Positions 1 to 8,855 of a DNA stretch of 61,532 bases are shown one piece after another. Position numbers and translations under genes: made by a program. The stretch lies in assembly GCA_025937135.1 (NCBI GenBank), contig JAICRZ010000001.1:1-61532 (forward strand), read 5' to 3'. The stretch's first letter is position 1; each line of letters begins with the position of its first letter. The DNA is from Thermoleophilaceae bacterium. Lineage in GTDB: Bacteria > Actinomycetota > Thermoleophilia > Solirubrobacterales > Thermoleophilaceae. The notes below the pieces were generated by a model. That model did not search any database. It was not told the DNA's origin and saw only the letters and a list, made by a program, of their open reading frames with translations.

Positions 1-894
1 ATAGCCCTCCAGCACCTTCGCCCCGAACGCCTCGTCGAAGCCGCGCAGCACCTCGACCGGCATCGCCGACCCGCCCGACACGCAGAGGTCGAGCGACGAC
101 AGGTCGTGCCGGTCGCGCTCGGGGTGGTTCAGCAGTGCGGTATACATCGTCGGCACGCCCGCGAACGTGGTCACGCGATCGCGCTCGATGATCTCGAGCG
201 CCTTGGCCGGCTCGAATCGCGGCAGCAGCGTGAGCAGGCCACGCGCCTTCACCGCCGTGTTCATCACCGAGTTCATGCCGAACACGTGGAAGAGCGGCAG
301 CGTGGCAAGCGCCACGGAGTCCGGCCCCGCGTCGACCAGGTCGCGCGCCACCTCGGCGCCCGCGGAGATGTTCGCGTGCGTGAGCGTCGCGCCCTTCGGC
401 GTGCCGGTGGTGCCCGACGTGTAGATGATCACCGCCGGGTCGTCGTCGCCGCGGTCGGTCACGTCGTCGACCGGGTCGGCGCCGCCGAGCAGCTGCTCGA
501 ACTCGCCGGGCGCGACGAGCACGCACTCGGCGCCCGCGTCCTCGCAGCCGCCGCGCGCAGCGTCCGCGAACTGGTGCCAGGCGAACAGGAGCTTCGAGCC
601 GGAGTCGGAGAGGTGGTACGCCACCTCGCGCTCCTTCAACAGCGGGTTCATCGGCACGACCACGGCGCCGATCCGCAGCGCCCCGTAGTAGACGATCGGG
701 AAGTACGGCACGTTCGGCAGCTGCATCCCGACGCGATCACCCGGCTCGACGCCCTTGGCGCGCAGAACGCCCGTCGCACGCGCCACCGCCTGGTCGAGCA
801 CGGCGTAGGTCAGGACCACATCGTCGAGCTTCACGGCCGGGCGGTCGGCCGCATCGGCCACGGCTGCGGACAGCTGCTCCGCGAAGTTGCTCAT
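1..894 (-). CDS. AMP-dependent acyl-CoA synthetase/ligase (FadD-like), 5' part only; gene continues past window start
   Basis: Open at the window edge, so absent from the ORF track. Reverse-strand translation from ATG (complement of 892-894) reads MSNFAEQLSAAVADAADRPAVKLDD... The AMP-binding P-loop IIYTSGTTGTPKG is encoded on the complement of ~391-429 in the same frame. Strong GC3 bias. Confidence 0.85.
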   Translation of the reverse strand, partial: MSNFAEQLSAAVADAADRPAVKLDDVVLTYAVLDQAVARATGVLRAKGVEPGDRVGMQLPNVPYFPIVYYGALRIGAVVVPMNPLLKEREVAYHLSDSGSKLLFAWHQFADAARGGCEDAGAECVLVAPGEFEQLLGGADPVDDVTDRGDDDPAVIIYTSGTTGTPKGATLTHANISAGAEVARDLVDAGPDSVALATLPLFHVFGMNSVMNTAVKARGLLTLLPRFEPAKALEIIERDRVTTFAGVPTMYTALLNHPERDRHDLSSLDLCVSGGSAMPVEVLRGFDEAFGAKVLEGY

Positions 895-961
895 CTCGCC
901 TCTCCTCCTCGTGTCTCTCCCCGATGTCCTACCCGGGCTCACGCGTATGACCTCCTCTCGT

Positions 962-990
962 TTGACCAGCCCGCGCGCAGGGCCTACCGT
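962..990 (+). promoter_or_regulatory. sigma-70-like promoter (TTGACC-17nt-TACCGT) 7 nt upstream of ATG 998; implies a leaderless transcript
   Basis: Read directly: TTGACC at 962-967 and TACCGT at 985-990. Confidence 0.4.
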
Positions 991-997
991 GCGGTCG

Positions 998-3040
998 ATG
1001 CGGGGGCGGATCAACCGGCGTGAGCTGCTGGTGGCGGGCGTGGGCGCGGGGGTGGCGATCGGGCTGCGCGGCACCGCGTTCGCGCAGTCGGCGCCGGACA
1101 GCCTCGACTTCACGGCGCTCGCCCCCGGCGCCGGCTGGCCGGGGTGGGCGTGTCCGGGCGTGGCGAACCTCGGCCGCGGCGGCGGGCTCGGGTTGCTGGA
1201 GGCGGGCTCGGACGTGTTCCCGTGCGACCCGCGGCCGGTGGCGTTCGCGCTGGACCGGCGCTTTCGCGACGGGACGATCGAGGCGAAGGTGCATTCGGCG
1301 GGAGCGGGAACGGGCGTGGTGCTGCGCCGCACCTCGCCGCGCGACTACTACGCCGCGATCCTCGATTCCGAGCAGTCGGCACTGATCCTGGTGCGCCGCT
1401 CGCCGGATGGCGTCGAGGAGCTGGCGCGCACGCCCGCAGCGGCGCTCGGCAGGCCCTTCAGCCTGTCGCTCACCGCGACCGGCGCCCGGCCGACAACGCT
1501 CGTCGCCTCGCTCGACCTGGGGATCGGCGTGCCACTGACCATGCAGGCGAGCGACGCCGCGCCCGCGCTGCAGCGCCCCGGTGACCCGGGCGTCCTGGCC
1601 ACGTCCCGCACGCTCTTCCCCAGCCAGGGCCCGCCCGCTCTCCCGGCGCTCGGCAACATCCACCTGCTGCCGTACGGAGTCCAGGAGGGCGAGGCCGTGA
1701 TCGCCTCGCCCGCTGGTCAGGAGCTGATCGCCACCATTCGCGAGCGATCGACAGGCGCCTTCGAGCGGATCGACGTGCGGCCCGCGAGTGCCACGCAGCG
1801 CACGCGCCCATCGGTCATCGCCGCCACCGCGGCGCCGCTCTCGCGAGGCAGAGTCGCCCTGCGTGTCGCCAGCGACGTGCCGGCCCGGGTCGACCTCGAG
1901 GTCTCCACCCGCGCCGACTTCCGCCACAGCCGGCGCGTCCGCGCCGGGCGCACCGACAACTTCGAGGCCGCGGTCGCGGACATCGCCGCGGCGCATCCGC
2001 ACCGGCGCGTCTACTGGCGCGCGCGCCTGCGCCGCGGTGGGCGCGAGACGATCGGCCCGGCACGGAGCTTCCACACGCTTCCGCCGGCTGGCAGCGCCGC
2101 AAGGGCGACGATCGCGGTGGGCGCGTGCGCCTCCCAGTTCGGCCCGATCTTCGACCACATCGCCGCACGCCGGCCCGACGCGTTCGTCTGGCAGGGCGAC
2201 CTGAACTACCCGGACACGATCGGCCCGCTCGCGCAGACGATCGACGGCTACGCGGGGATCTGGCGCGACTTCCTGGCCAATCCGCGCACCGCGCCGATCC
2301 TCGAGCGCTCACTGTTCGCGGCCCAGCGCGACGACCACGACTACGGCGTGCAGGACGCCAACTCGACGAACATCGTGCCGTGGGGAATCCGGCCGTGGGA
2401 CTCCCTGATGGACGACCGCATGTACTACCGCTTCTCGGCCGGCGTCGCGGACTTCTGGGTCCTGGACGAGCGCCGCCACAAGAGCGATCCGACGCTGCCG
2501 GACACGCCGGCGAAGACGCTGCTCGGCGCGCGCCAGCGCAACTGGCTGCTGCGCACGCTGGCGGCGTCGAGGGCGCCGTTCAAGGTCGTCTGCTCGCCGT
2601 GCACGCTGGCGCCGGTGGCCGCCAACGCGCGCGACGGCAGCTGGGCCGCGGGCTTCACCGCCGAGCGCGACCTCGTGCTCGCCCACATCCGCGATCGCGT
2701 GCGCGGCCAGACGCTGTTCGTGACCGGCGACACGCACTGGACGATGGTCTACGACCGCGACGGCCTGTTCGAGGCGCGTCCCTGCCCGCTCGGCATCCCC
2801 ACGCCGAACGACATCACGCTGACCGACCCGCAGGCGGCCGAGAACGCGCGCAGCGTCCCGGGTGTCGCCTACGCGGACGACGAGAAGGGCCACGTCGCAT
2901 TCATCGGCGTGGGCGGCCATCGCGGCGTGGCGCGGCTGGACCTGACGATGCTGCGGGAGGACGGCGCCACGCCGTACACGCGGCGCTTCGAGGAGCCGCT
3001 GAAGCGCACCGATGAGTTCCGGGCAGCCCGCCGGTCTTAA
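998..3040 (+). CDS. Tat-exported PhoD-like phosphatase/phosphodiesterase with an extra N-terminal domain
   Basis: Track ORF 887-3040. Start moved to ATG 998 (MRGRINRRELLVAGVGAGVAIGLRGTAFA, a twin-arginine signal), which lies 7 nt after a TTGACC-17nt-TACCGT promoter-like element. The C-terminal half has PhoD/metallophosphatase-like motifs (WQGDLNYPD, RDDHDYG, FVTGDTHW). Confidence 0.8.
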   Translation: MRGRINRRELLVAGVGAGVAIGLRGTAFAQSAPDSLDFTALAPGAGWPGWACPGVANLGRGGGLGLLEAGSDVFPCDPRPVAFALDRRFRDGTIEAKVHSAGAGTGVVLRRTSPRDYYAAILDSEQSALILVRRSPDGVEELARTPAAALGRPFSLSLTATGARPTTLVASLDLGIGVPLTMQASDAAPALQRPGDPGVLATSRTLFPSQGPPALPALGNIHLLPYGVQEGEAVIASPAGQELIATIRERSTGAFERIDVRPASATQRTRPSVIAATAAPLSRGRVALRVASDVPARVDLEVSTRADFRHSRRVRAGRTDNFEAAVADIAAAHPHRRVYWRARLRRGGRETIGPARSFHTLPPAGSAARATIAVGACASQFGPIFDHIAARRPDAFVWQGDLNYPDTIGPLAQTIDGYAGIWRDFLANPRTAPILERSLFAAQRDDHDYGVQDANSTNIVPWGIRPWDSLMDDRMYYRFSAGVADFWVLDERRHKSDPTLPDTPAKTLLGARQRNWLLRTLAASRAPFKVVCSPCTLAPVAANARDGSWAAGFTAERDLVLAHIRDRVRGQTLFVTGDTHWTMVYDRDGLFEARPCPLGIPTPNDITLTDPQAAENARSVPGVAYADDEKGHVAFIGVGGHRGVARLDLTMLREDGATPYTRRFEEPLKRTDEFRAARRS

Positions 3041-3045
3041 CCGGC

Positions 3046-3864
3046 ATGAACCACACCAATGGACGACCGGACGGGCCGCCCCCCGCCGTGGAGGCCCGCG
3101 ATCTGGTCAAGCACTACGGCGACGTGCAGGCCGTGCGCGGCGTCGACCTGAGCGTCGCACCCGGCGAGGTGTTCGGCTTCCTCGGGCCGAACGGCGCCGG
3201 CAAGTCGACAACCGTGCGCATGCTCACCACGCTGCTCACGATCACCTCGGGCCACGCGCACGTCTGCGGGGTGGACGTGACCAGCGATCCCGACGCCGCG
3301 CGGCGGCGCATCGGAGTGGCGCTCCAGGAGGCCGGGCTCGACCCGCGCCAGACCGGGCGCGAGCTGCTGATCCTTCAGGGCCGGCTCTTCGGGATGAGCA
3401 CGGCCGACGCCGGCGAGCGGGCGCGCCATCTGCTCGCGCTCGTGGAGCTCGAGGACGCCGCCGACCGCCGCATCAAGGGCTACTCGGGCGGCATGAAGCG
3501 CCGCCTGGACCTGGCGTCGGCGCTCGTTCACGAGCCGGAGGTCCTGTTCCTCGACGAGCCCACGACCGGCCTGGATCCCGCCAGCCGCCTGACGGTGTGG
3601 GAGGAGGTGCGGCGGATCAACGGGCGCGGCACCACCGTCTTCCTCACCACGCAGTACCTCGAGGAGGCCGACCAGCTCTGCGATCGCCTGGCGATCATCG
3701 ACGACGGTGTGATCGTGCGTCGCGGCACGCCCGCGGAGCTGAAGGCAGACCTGCGCGCACGCTGGAATCGCGACGGCGAGCCTACGCTCGACGACGTCTT
3801 CCTCGACGCGACCGGCCGCACGCGCGAGCGCGCCGCGGGCGAGGTCCAGGAGGTGTCGGCATGA
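3046..3864 (+). CDS. ABC transporter ATP-binding protein (DrrA/ABC-2 type)
   Basis: Walker A GPNGAGKST, ABC signature YSGGMKRRLD, Walker B LFLDEPTTGLD. Confidence 0.92.
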   Translation: MNHTNGRPDGPPPAVEARDLVKHYGDVQAVRGVDLSVAPGEVFGFLGPNGAGKSTTVRMLTTLLTITSGHAHVCGVDVTSDPDAARRRIGVALQEAGLDPRQTGRELLILQGRLFGMSTADAGERARHLLALVELEDAADRRIKGYSGGMKRRLDLASALVHEPEVLFLDEPTTGLDPASRLTVWEEVRRINGRGTTVFLTTQYLEEADQLCDRLAIIDDGVIVRRGTPAELKADLRARWNRDGEPTLDDVFLDATGRTRERAAGEVQEVSA

Positions 3865-4616
3865 GCGCCGCCGTCGCCCTGGGCCAGCGATCGCTGCGTG
3901 AGGCGGCGCGTTCGCCCGACGCGATCGTGCCCACGCTGTTCATCCCGATCTTCTTCCTGGTCGTGAACACCGGCCAGGCGGCGAAGATCTTCCCGTCGAC
4001 CTCGACGCCGTTCCTGCACGGTCAGGGCTACGGCGCGTTCCAGCTGCCCACGACGCTGCTGCTGGCCGCATCGTTCGGCGCGGCCGCGCTCTTCCTCGTC
4101 GAGGAGATCGAGGGCGGCTACTTCGACAAGCTGCGCGCCACCCCGATCCCACGCGTTGCGATCGTCTTCGGGCGGCTGATCGCGGAGGGCGCGAAGTGCG
4201 TGCTCATCTCCGCCGTGATTCTGCTGCTGGCGCTGCCGTTCGGCATCCGCATCGCGAGCGGTCCGCTCGGGTTCCTGCTGCTGATCGCGCTGACCGCCGG
4301 GTGGGGAGTCGTGTTCGCCGGCTTCATGCAGCTGATCGCGCTCAAGACGCGCAGCGCGGCGGCCACGCAGTCCGGCGGGCTCGTGTTCTTCCCGCTGCTG
4401 TTCCTGACGCCGAACTTCGTGCCGCGCGACATGCTCACGCGGCCGATGGAGGTCGCGGCCACGTTCAACCCGGTGACCTACCTGATGGAGGCGCTGCGGT
4501 CGCTGATCCTGCGCGACTTCGACTGGGCGCACATCTGGCCGGGGTTCGCCGTGGTGGTCGGCCTCGGCGCCGTGATGGTGTGGCTGAACGTGCGGATGAT
4601 CGCGCGCTACGACTGA
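3861..4616 (+). CDS. ABC-2 type transporter permease
   Basis: ATG 3861 overlaps the ATPase stop (ATGA). It lies in frame inside track ORF 3012-4616. About 6 hydrophobic segments (FIPIFFLVVNTGQ..., LLIALTAGWGVVFAGF...). Confidence 0.85.
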   Translation: MSAAVALGQRSLREAARSPDAIVPTLFIPIFFLVVNTGQAAKIFPSTSTPFLHGQGYGAFQLPTTLLLAASFGAAALFLVEEIEGGYFDKLRATPIPRVAIVFGRLIAEGAKCVLISAVILLLALPFGIRIASGPLGFLLLIALTAGWGVVFAGFMQLIALKTRSAAATQSGGLVFFPLLFLTPNFVPRDMLTRPMEVAATFNPVTYLMEALRSLILRDFDWAHIWPGFAVVVGLGAVMVWLNVRMIARYD

Positions 4617-4619
4617 CGC

Positions 4620-5381
4620 TCAGAGCGCCGCCAGCACCGCTTCCAGCTCCGCCACCACGTCGCCCGACAGCTTGACGTCGGCCGAGCGGTCGTACGGCGT
4701 CTCGCCCTGCGTGACGATCGCGAGCCGGCCGCCCGCGTCGAGCGCGACGCGCGGCAGCGACGCAACCGGGTAGACCTCGAGCGACGAGCCGATGGCAATC
4801 AGCAGGTCGGCGTTCGACGCACACGCGTAGGCGTCGTTGATCGCCTCGGCCGGGAGGATCTCGCCGAACAGCACCACGTTCGGCTTGAGCGGCGAGATGC
4901 AGGCCGCACACTCCGGCGCGCCCGGCTCCGCGGCGAGCATCTCCATGATGCGCTCGAGCCCCACGCGGCCGCCGCACTCGAGGCAGACGCATTCGTCGAT
5001 CGACCCGTGCACCTCGATCACGCGCTCCGAACCGGCGCGGCGGTGCAGCCGGTCGACGTTCTGCGTGATCACGGCATCCACCAGGCCACGGCGCTCCAGC
5101 TCGGCGACGGCATGGTGCGCGGCGTTCGGCTGCTTGTCGCCGAGTGCCGCGAAGCGCTGGCCGTAGAAGTGCCAGAAGCGGTCCGGGTCGTCGTGGAAGA
5201 CGTCGATGTGGGCGACCTCCATCGGGTCGACCTTCTCCCAGATCCCCGTGCCGGGCGAGCGGAAGTCGGGGATCCCGGACGGCACCGAGATCCCCGCGCC
5301 CGTCAGGACGACGGTGCTGTCCGCCTCGCGGATCATCTCCGCGAGGCGAACGGCTCTGCCCGCTTCGGTGCGGACCGCCAA
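4620..5381 (-). CDS. cobB: NAD-dependent protein deacylase, Sir2 family
   Basis: GAGISVPSGIPDFRS, QNVDRLH and a Zn-ribbon Cys pair CLECG...CAAC. The TTG start at 5381 abuts the TAG stop (5382-5384) of the upstream gene. An alternative ATG is at 5336. Confidence 0.9.
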   Translation of the reverse strand: MAVRTEAGRAVRLAEMIREADSTVVLTGAGISVPSGIPDFRSPGTGIWEKVDPMEVAHIDVFHDDPDRFWHFYGQRFAALGDKQPNAAHHAVAELERRGLVDAVITQNVDRLHRRAGSERVIEVHGSIDECVCLECGGRVGLERIMEMLAAEPGAPECAACISPLKPNVVLFGEILPAEAINDAYACASNADLLIAIGSSLEVYPVASLPRVALDAGGRLAIVTQGETPYDRSADVKLSGDVVAELEAVLAAL

Positions 5382-6482
5382 CTACTTGCCCTGGAACTTC
5401 GGCGAGCGCTTGCCCAGGAAGGCGCCGATCCCCTCCTTGGCGTCCTCGGTCTGGAAGACCTCGGCGAACGCGCCCTTCTCGGCCTCGATGCCGTCGGACA
5501 GCTCGCCCATCGCGCTGATCTGCTTGATCTTCTGCGCGGCGAGCGGGGCCTGCTGCGAGAGCTTGCGCCCCCACGACAGCGCCGTGTCGAACAGCTCGTG
5601 ATCCGGGACGACCTCGTTGACGAGCCCGAGCCGGAGCGCTTCGCCGGCGCCGATCGGGTTGCCCACCAGGTTCAGCTCGAGCGCCTTGCCCTCACCGATC
5701 AGGCGCGGCAGCCGCTGCGTGCCGCCGAAGCCCGGGATGATGCCCAGGTTGATCTCCGGCTGGCCGAACGTGGCCGACTCGGCGGCGATCCGGAAGTCGC
5801 ACGACATGGCGAGCTCGTTGCCGCCGCCGAACGCGATCGAGTTGACGGCCGCGATCGTCATGGTGGACGACTCCTCCATCCCCCGGAACAGCGCGTGGCC
5901 CGAGTCGGAGATCTCCTTGCCCTCGGCCGGATCGGCCTTCGTGAACGCCTTGATGTCGGCGCCCGCGCAGAACGTGAAGATGTTCGACGAGGCGAAGATC
6001 AGCACGCGCAGCTTGCCGTCGACCTGCTTCCACAGATCGGCCAGCTCGCGGATGACCTCCGGCGCCAGCGCGTTGGCCGGCGGGCGGTTGAACCAGCAGA
6101 TGCCGATGTCGCCGCGCGTCTCGAAGAGGATCGTCTCCTTCGAGCCGTCGGGGTCGGGCTGCGGGTAGGGGAAGAAGCCCTGGCCGGACTTCTTGCCGAG
6201 CCGCCCCTGCGCGACCAGGCGCTTGAGGATCTTGGGCGGCGCGTAGCCCGGCCCCCACTCCGTCTCGGCCCGCTCGAGCGCGGCGAGCACGTCGTCGAGG
6301 CCCTGCTCGTCGGCGCGGCTGAACGGGCCGGGCAGGATTCCGGCGCCGGCCATCATGCCGATCTCGATGTCCTTGAGCGAGGCGATCCCGTCCTCGAGGA
6401 CGAGGCACGACTCGACGAGGGTCTTTAGCGAGAGCCGCTCGACCAGCGTGCCCGTGGTGGTGTCGCTAGTTGCCGTGCTCAT
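5382..6482 (-). CDS. 3-hydroxyacyl-CoA dehydrogenase C-terminal-type domain fused to enoyl-CoA hydratase (crotonase)
   Basis: The N-terminal ~110 aa resemble a second HADH C-domain (...GRLGKKSGQGFFPY). The rest is a crotonase fold (FCAGADIKAF, AAVNSIAFGGGNELAMSCD, PEINLGIIPGFGGTQRL). Confidence 0.88.
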   Translation of the reverse strand: MSTATSDTTTGTLVERLSLKTLVESCLVLEDGIASLKDIEIGMMAGAGILPGPFSRADEQGLDDVLAALERAETEWGPGYAPPKILKRLVAQGRLGKKSGQGFFPYPQPDPDGSKETILFETRGDIGICWFNRPPANALAPEVIRELADLWKQVDGKLRVLIFASSNIFTFCAGADIKAFTKADPAEGKEISDSGHALFRGMEESSTMTIAAVNSIAFGGGNELAMSCDFRIAAESATFGQPEINLGIIPGFGGTQRLPRLIGEGKALELNLVGNPIGAGEALRLGLVNEVVPDHELFDTALSWGRKLSQQAPLAAQKIKQISAMGELSDGIEAEKGAFAEVFQTEDAKEGIGAFLGKRSPKFQGK

Positions 6483-7344
6483 AGAAGCCCTTTCCGGTCT
6501 TGGCGCCGAGGTTTCCGGCCTCGACGAGCTCCTTCATCTCGGGCATGACGTAGAAGCGCTCGGAGCCGAGCGAGTCATGCAGGTGCTCGGCCACGTGCAG
6601 CACCGTGTCGAGGCCGAGCATGTCGGTGAGGAAGAACGGCCCCATCGGGACGGCGCCGGACTCCTGGATCACCTTGTCCACTTCCTTGACGTCAAGCCCC
6701 TCCTCGTGGACCGCCTTCCAGATCTCGCTGGTGGCGGAGTTGAGGATGCGGTTGACGACGAATCCCGGCGCCTCGGCGCAGCGGATCGGCTGCTTGCGGA
6801 TCTGCTGGGCGAAGTTGTAGGCGTCCTGGACCGTCTCCTCGGACGTCTCGTCGCCCTCGATGACCTCGATCAGGCGCATCATCGAGGCGGGGTAGAAGAA
6901 GTGGAAGCCCACGACCTTCTCCGGCCGGCTGGTGGCCTCGCCCATCTCGGTGATCGAGAGCGCGCTCGTGTTCGAGGCGAGGATCGAGTGGCCGGGCGTG
7001 ACCTCGTCGAGCTCGGCGAACACGGCCTGCTTGATCTGCATCCGCTCGGGCACGGCCTCGATCACGAAGTCGACGTCGCCGAAGCCCTCGTACTCGGTGG
7101 TCCCGTGGATGCGGCCGAGGAGCGCGCCGGCCTGCTGGTCGGCCTGCTCCTGGGTGATCTTCTCCTTCTTGACCAGGCGGGCGAGCTGGCCCTGGGTGAC
7201 CTGCTTCGCCTTCTCGAGGCCCTGGTCGATGAACTTCTGGTCGACGTCCTTGAGCACGACGTCGACGTCGGCGGCCGCGAGCACCTGGGCGATCTCCCCG
7301 CCCATGGTCCCGGCGCCGACCACGGCGGCTTTGAATACGAACAT
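6466..7344 (-). CDS. 3-hydroxyacyl-CoA dehydrogenase (NAD-binding plus C-terminal domain)
   Basis: ATG 7344 is preceded by GGAGGA 9 nt upstream. Rossmann motif AVVGAGTMGGEIA, then GFVVNRIL, ending GKGFYEHGN. It lies in frame inside track ORF 6466-7782. The stop overlaps the next gene's start by 17 nt. Confidence 0.9.
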   Translation of the reverse strand: MFVFKAAVVGAGTMGGEIAQVLAAADVDVVLKDVDQKFIDQGLEKAKQVTQGQLARLVKKEKITQEQADQQAGALLGRIHGTTEYEGFGDVDFVIEAVPERMQIKQAVFAELDEVTPGHSILASNTSALSITEMGEATSRPEKVVGFHFFYPASMMRLIEVIEGDETSEETVQDAYNFAQQIRKQPIRCAEAPGFVVNRILNSATSEIWKAVHEEGLDVKEVDKVIQESGAVPMGPFFLTDMLGLDTVLHVAEHLHDSLGSERFYVMPEMKELVEAGNLGAKTGKGFYEHGN

Positions 7345-7382
7345 GCTGAGAGATTCCTCCGGAGGACTGGTGCGAAGCGACT

Positions 7383-7841
7383 CTATAGGGCCGCTTCCTG
7401 AGCCGCCTCGGTGGCGAAGCGGCTCAGCGTGCGGGCGAGCGCGCTGTTCTGGGCGCCGCGGATGAAGAGCACGTCGGTGATGCGGCTGAGCAGCCCCTTC
7501 TGCGTGAGCTTGTAGTCGAGCGTCAGGATCACGCCGCTCCCGGCGCCGTCCTCGCTCGGCGCGAACTCCACGGTCTGCGTGCCCTGGAGCCGCTCCTCGA
7601 AGACCTCCGTCTGGATCCGCTCGCCGGGCAGCGAGTGGCGCACCTTCTCGGTCACGCGGCCGCGGCCGGTCGGTACCGACTGCCAGACGAGCGTGGCTCC
7701 CGCGTCCGGCCAGTCGTCGTCGACGCGCTCGACGTGCCCGAAGCCGTCGACGAACGTGGGCCAGCGGCTGAGGTCGGCCCACAGCTCGAACGCCCGCTGC
7801 GGCGGCAGGTCGACGACGGTTGCCCTGTGTGCCCTAGCCAT
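7383..7841 (-). CDS. SRPBCC (polyketide cyclase/dehydrase-like) family protein
   Basis: 152 aa. The N-terminus DLPPQRAFELWADLSRWPTFVDGF is typical of SRPBCC ligand-binding proteins. The gene overlaps the PadR stop by 8 nt. Confidence 0.7.
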   Translation of the reverse strand: MARAHRATVVDLPPQRAFELWADLSRWPTFVDGFGHVERVDDDWPDAGATLVWQSVPTGRGRVTEKVRHSLPGERIQTEVFEERLQGTQTVEFAPSEDGAGSGVILTLDYKLTQKGLLSRITDVLFIRGAQNSALARTLSRFATEAAQEAAL

Positions 7842-8328
7842 AGACCTCGCGGACGATCTCCTCGACCGAGCGCAGCATGCTGTCGAGGAACGGCCGGGTG
7901 TCGTGAACCAGGCGCTCGTACTCCTGCTCGCCCTCGGCGGTGAGCGAGTAGTAGCGGCGGCTGCGGCGCTCCGGGTGCTCCCAGCTCCCCTCGATCAGCC
8001 CGCGCTCCTCGAGCTGGCGCAGCAGCGGGTACATCGTGTTCGGGTTCACGCTGAGCACGCCCTCGGTGACGCTGCTGATGCGGTCCATGAGCTGGTTGCC
8101 GTAGCTCGGCCCCTGCTTCATGAAGTGCAGGACGAGCAGCGGCAGCACCTCGCGCTTGCGCAGCTCGCCGGTGAGCGGGTCGCGCTCCGCGCGGCGGCGC
8201 TCGGCCGCCCCGGGTTCGGCGCCGCGGCTGCCGATCTGCCGCGCCGCCTCGCGCGCCTCGGCGATCTTGCTGGCCTGCTGCACCGCCTCGCGGGTGGCCT
8301 GCGTGCGCGACTTGCGGGGCTGTGCCAT
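7834..8328 (-). CDS. PadR family transcriptional regulator
   Basis: LPLLVLHFMKQGPSYGNQLMDRI...MYPLLRQLEERGLIEG...RRYYSLT. Carries a ~45-aa Arg/Glu/Ala-rich N-terminal extension. Confidence 0.88.
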   Translation of the reverse strand: MAQPRKSRTQATREAVQQASKIAEAREAARQIGSRGAEPGAAERRRAERDPLTGELRKREVLPLLVLHFMKQGPSYGNQLMDRISSVTEGVLSVNPNTMYPLLRQLEERGLIEGSWEHPERRSRRYYSLTAEGEQEYERLVHDTRPFLDSMLRSVEEIVREVYG

Positions 8329-8396
8329 TGGTGGGGATGGTCGCAGGATCGGCGTCGGGCGTCAGCGTTCGCGGCGCGATCTGCCAACGTTGGGGC

Positions 8397-8834
8397 ATGC
8401 TTACGCGACGCCGCCGGGTCCCCGAGCCCGCCCCGCCGGACCCGCTCGTCGTGAGCGGCCTGGCCGAGCTCGCGACGGGCGCGCTCAGCGGCTGGCTGTA
8501 CACGATCGTGATCACCGACCGCGAGCGCGCGCGGTCGCTGGGGATCAAGTCGGGCGCGCGCGTGCGGCAGCTGCATCTGGACCTGATCGCGCTCGGCGGC
8601 CTGACGGCGCTCGCCGAGACCGCCGTTCCAGGCCTCCCGCGCTGGGTGAAGTGGCCGCTCGGGATCGGCGCCTGGACCAACGCGATGTCGTTCCTGCCGC
8701 TGGCGATCGAGCCCGAGGTCCGGGAGCACCCGGTCTACCGCACCGCTGTCGGGACGTCGTTCGTCCTGACGAGCGTCGGCTTCACCGGGCTCGCCGTGAC
8801 CGCCGCGCGGCGCGCGCTGGGCGCGCGCCGCTGA
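8397..8834 (+). CDS. hypothetical integral membrane protein
   Basis: Track ORF 8322-8834. Start set to ATG 8397 (MLTRRRR...). About 4 hydrophobic segments. Divergent from the PadR gene. Confidence 0.6.
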   Translation: MLTRRRRVPEPAPPDPLVVSGLAELATGALSGWLYTIVITDRERARSLGIKSGARVRQLHLDLIALGGLTALAETAVPGLPRWVKWPLGIGAWTNAMSFLPLAIEPEVREHPVYRTAVGTSFVLTSVGFTGLAVTAARRALGARR

Positions 8835-8855
8835 CGGATCTCGGAACGGTCTTCG

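Noticed and set aside
4620-5381. Sir2 protein as an anti-phage defence (SIR2-type NADase) gene
   Set aside because: It has the full housekeeping sirtuin motif set (GAGIS..SGIPDFR, Zn ribbon) and normal size. It has no partner effector or sensor gene and sits at the end of a beta-oxidation operon.
6466-6482. Programmed ribosomal frameshift joining the HADH and crotonase genes
   Set aside because: The overlap (ggcttctatgagcacggcaactag) has no slippery X-XXY-YYZ heptamer or homopolymer run. The first ORF ends right after its conserved GKGFY terminus and the second has its own ATG. A simple gene overlap or an assembly frameshift is more likely.
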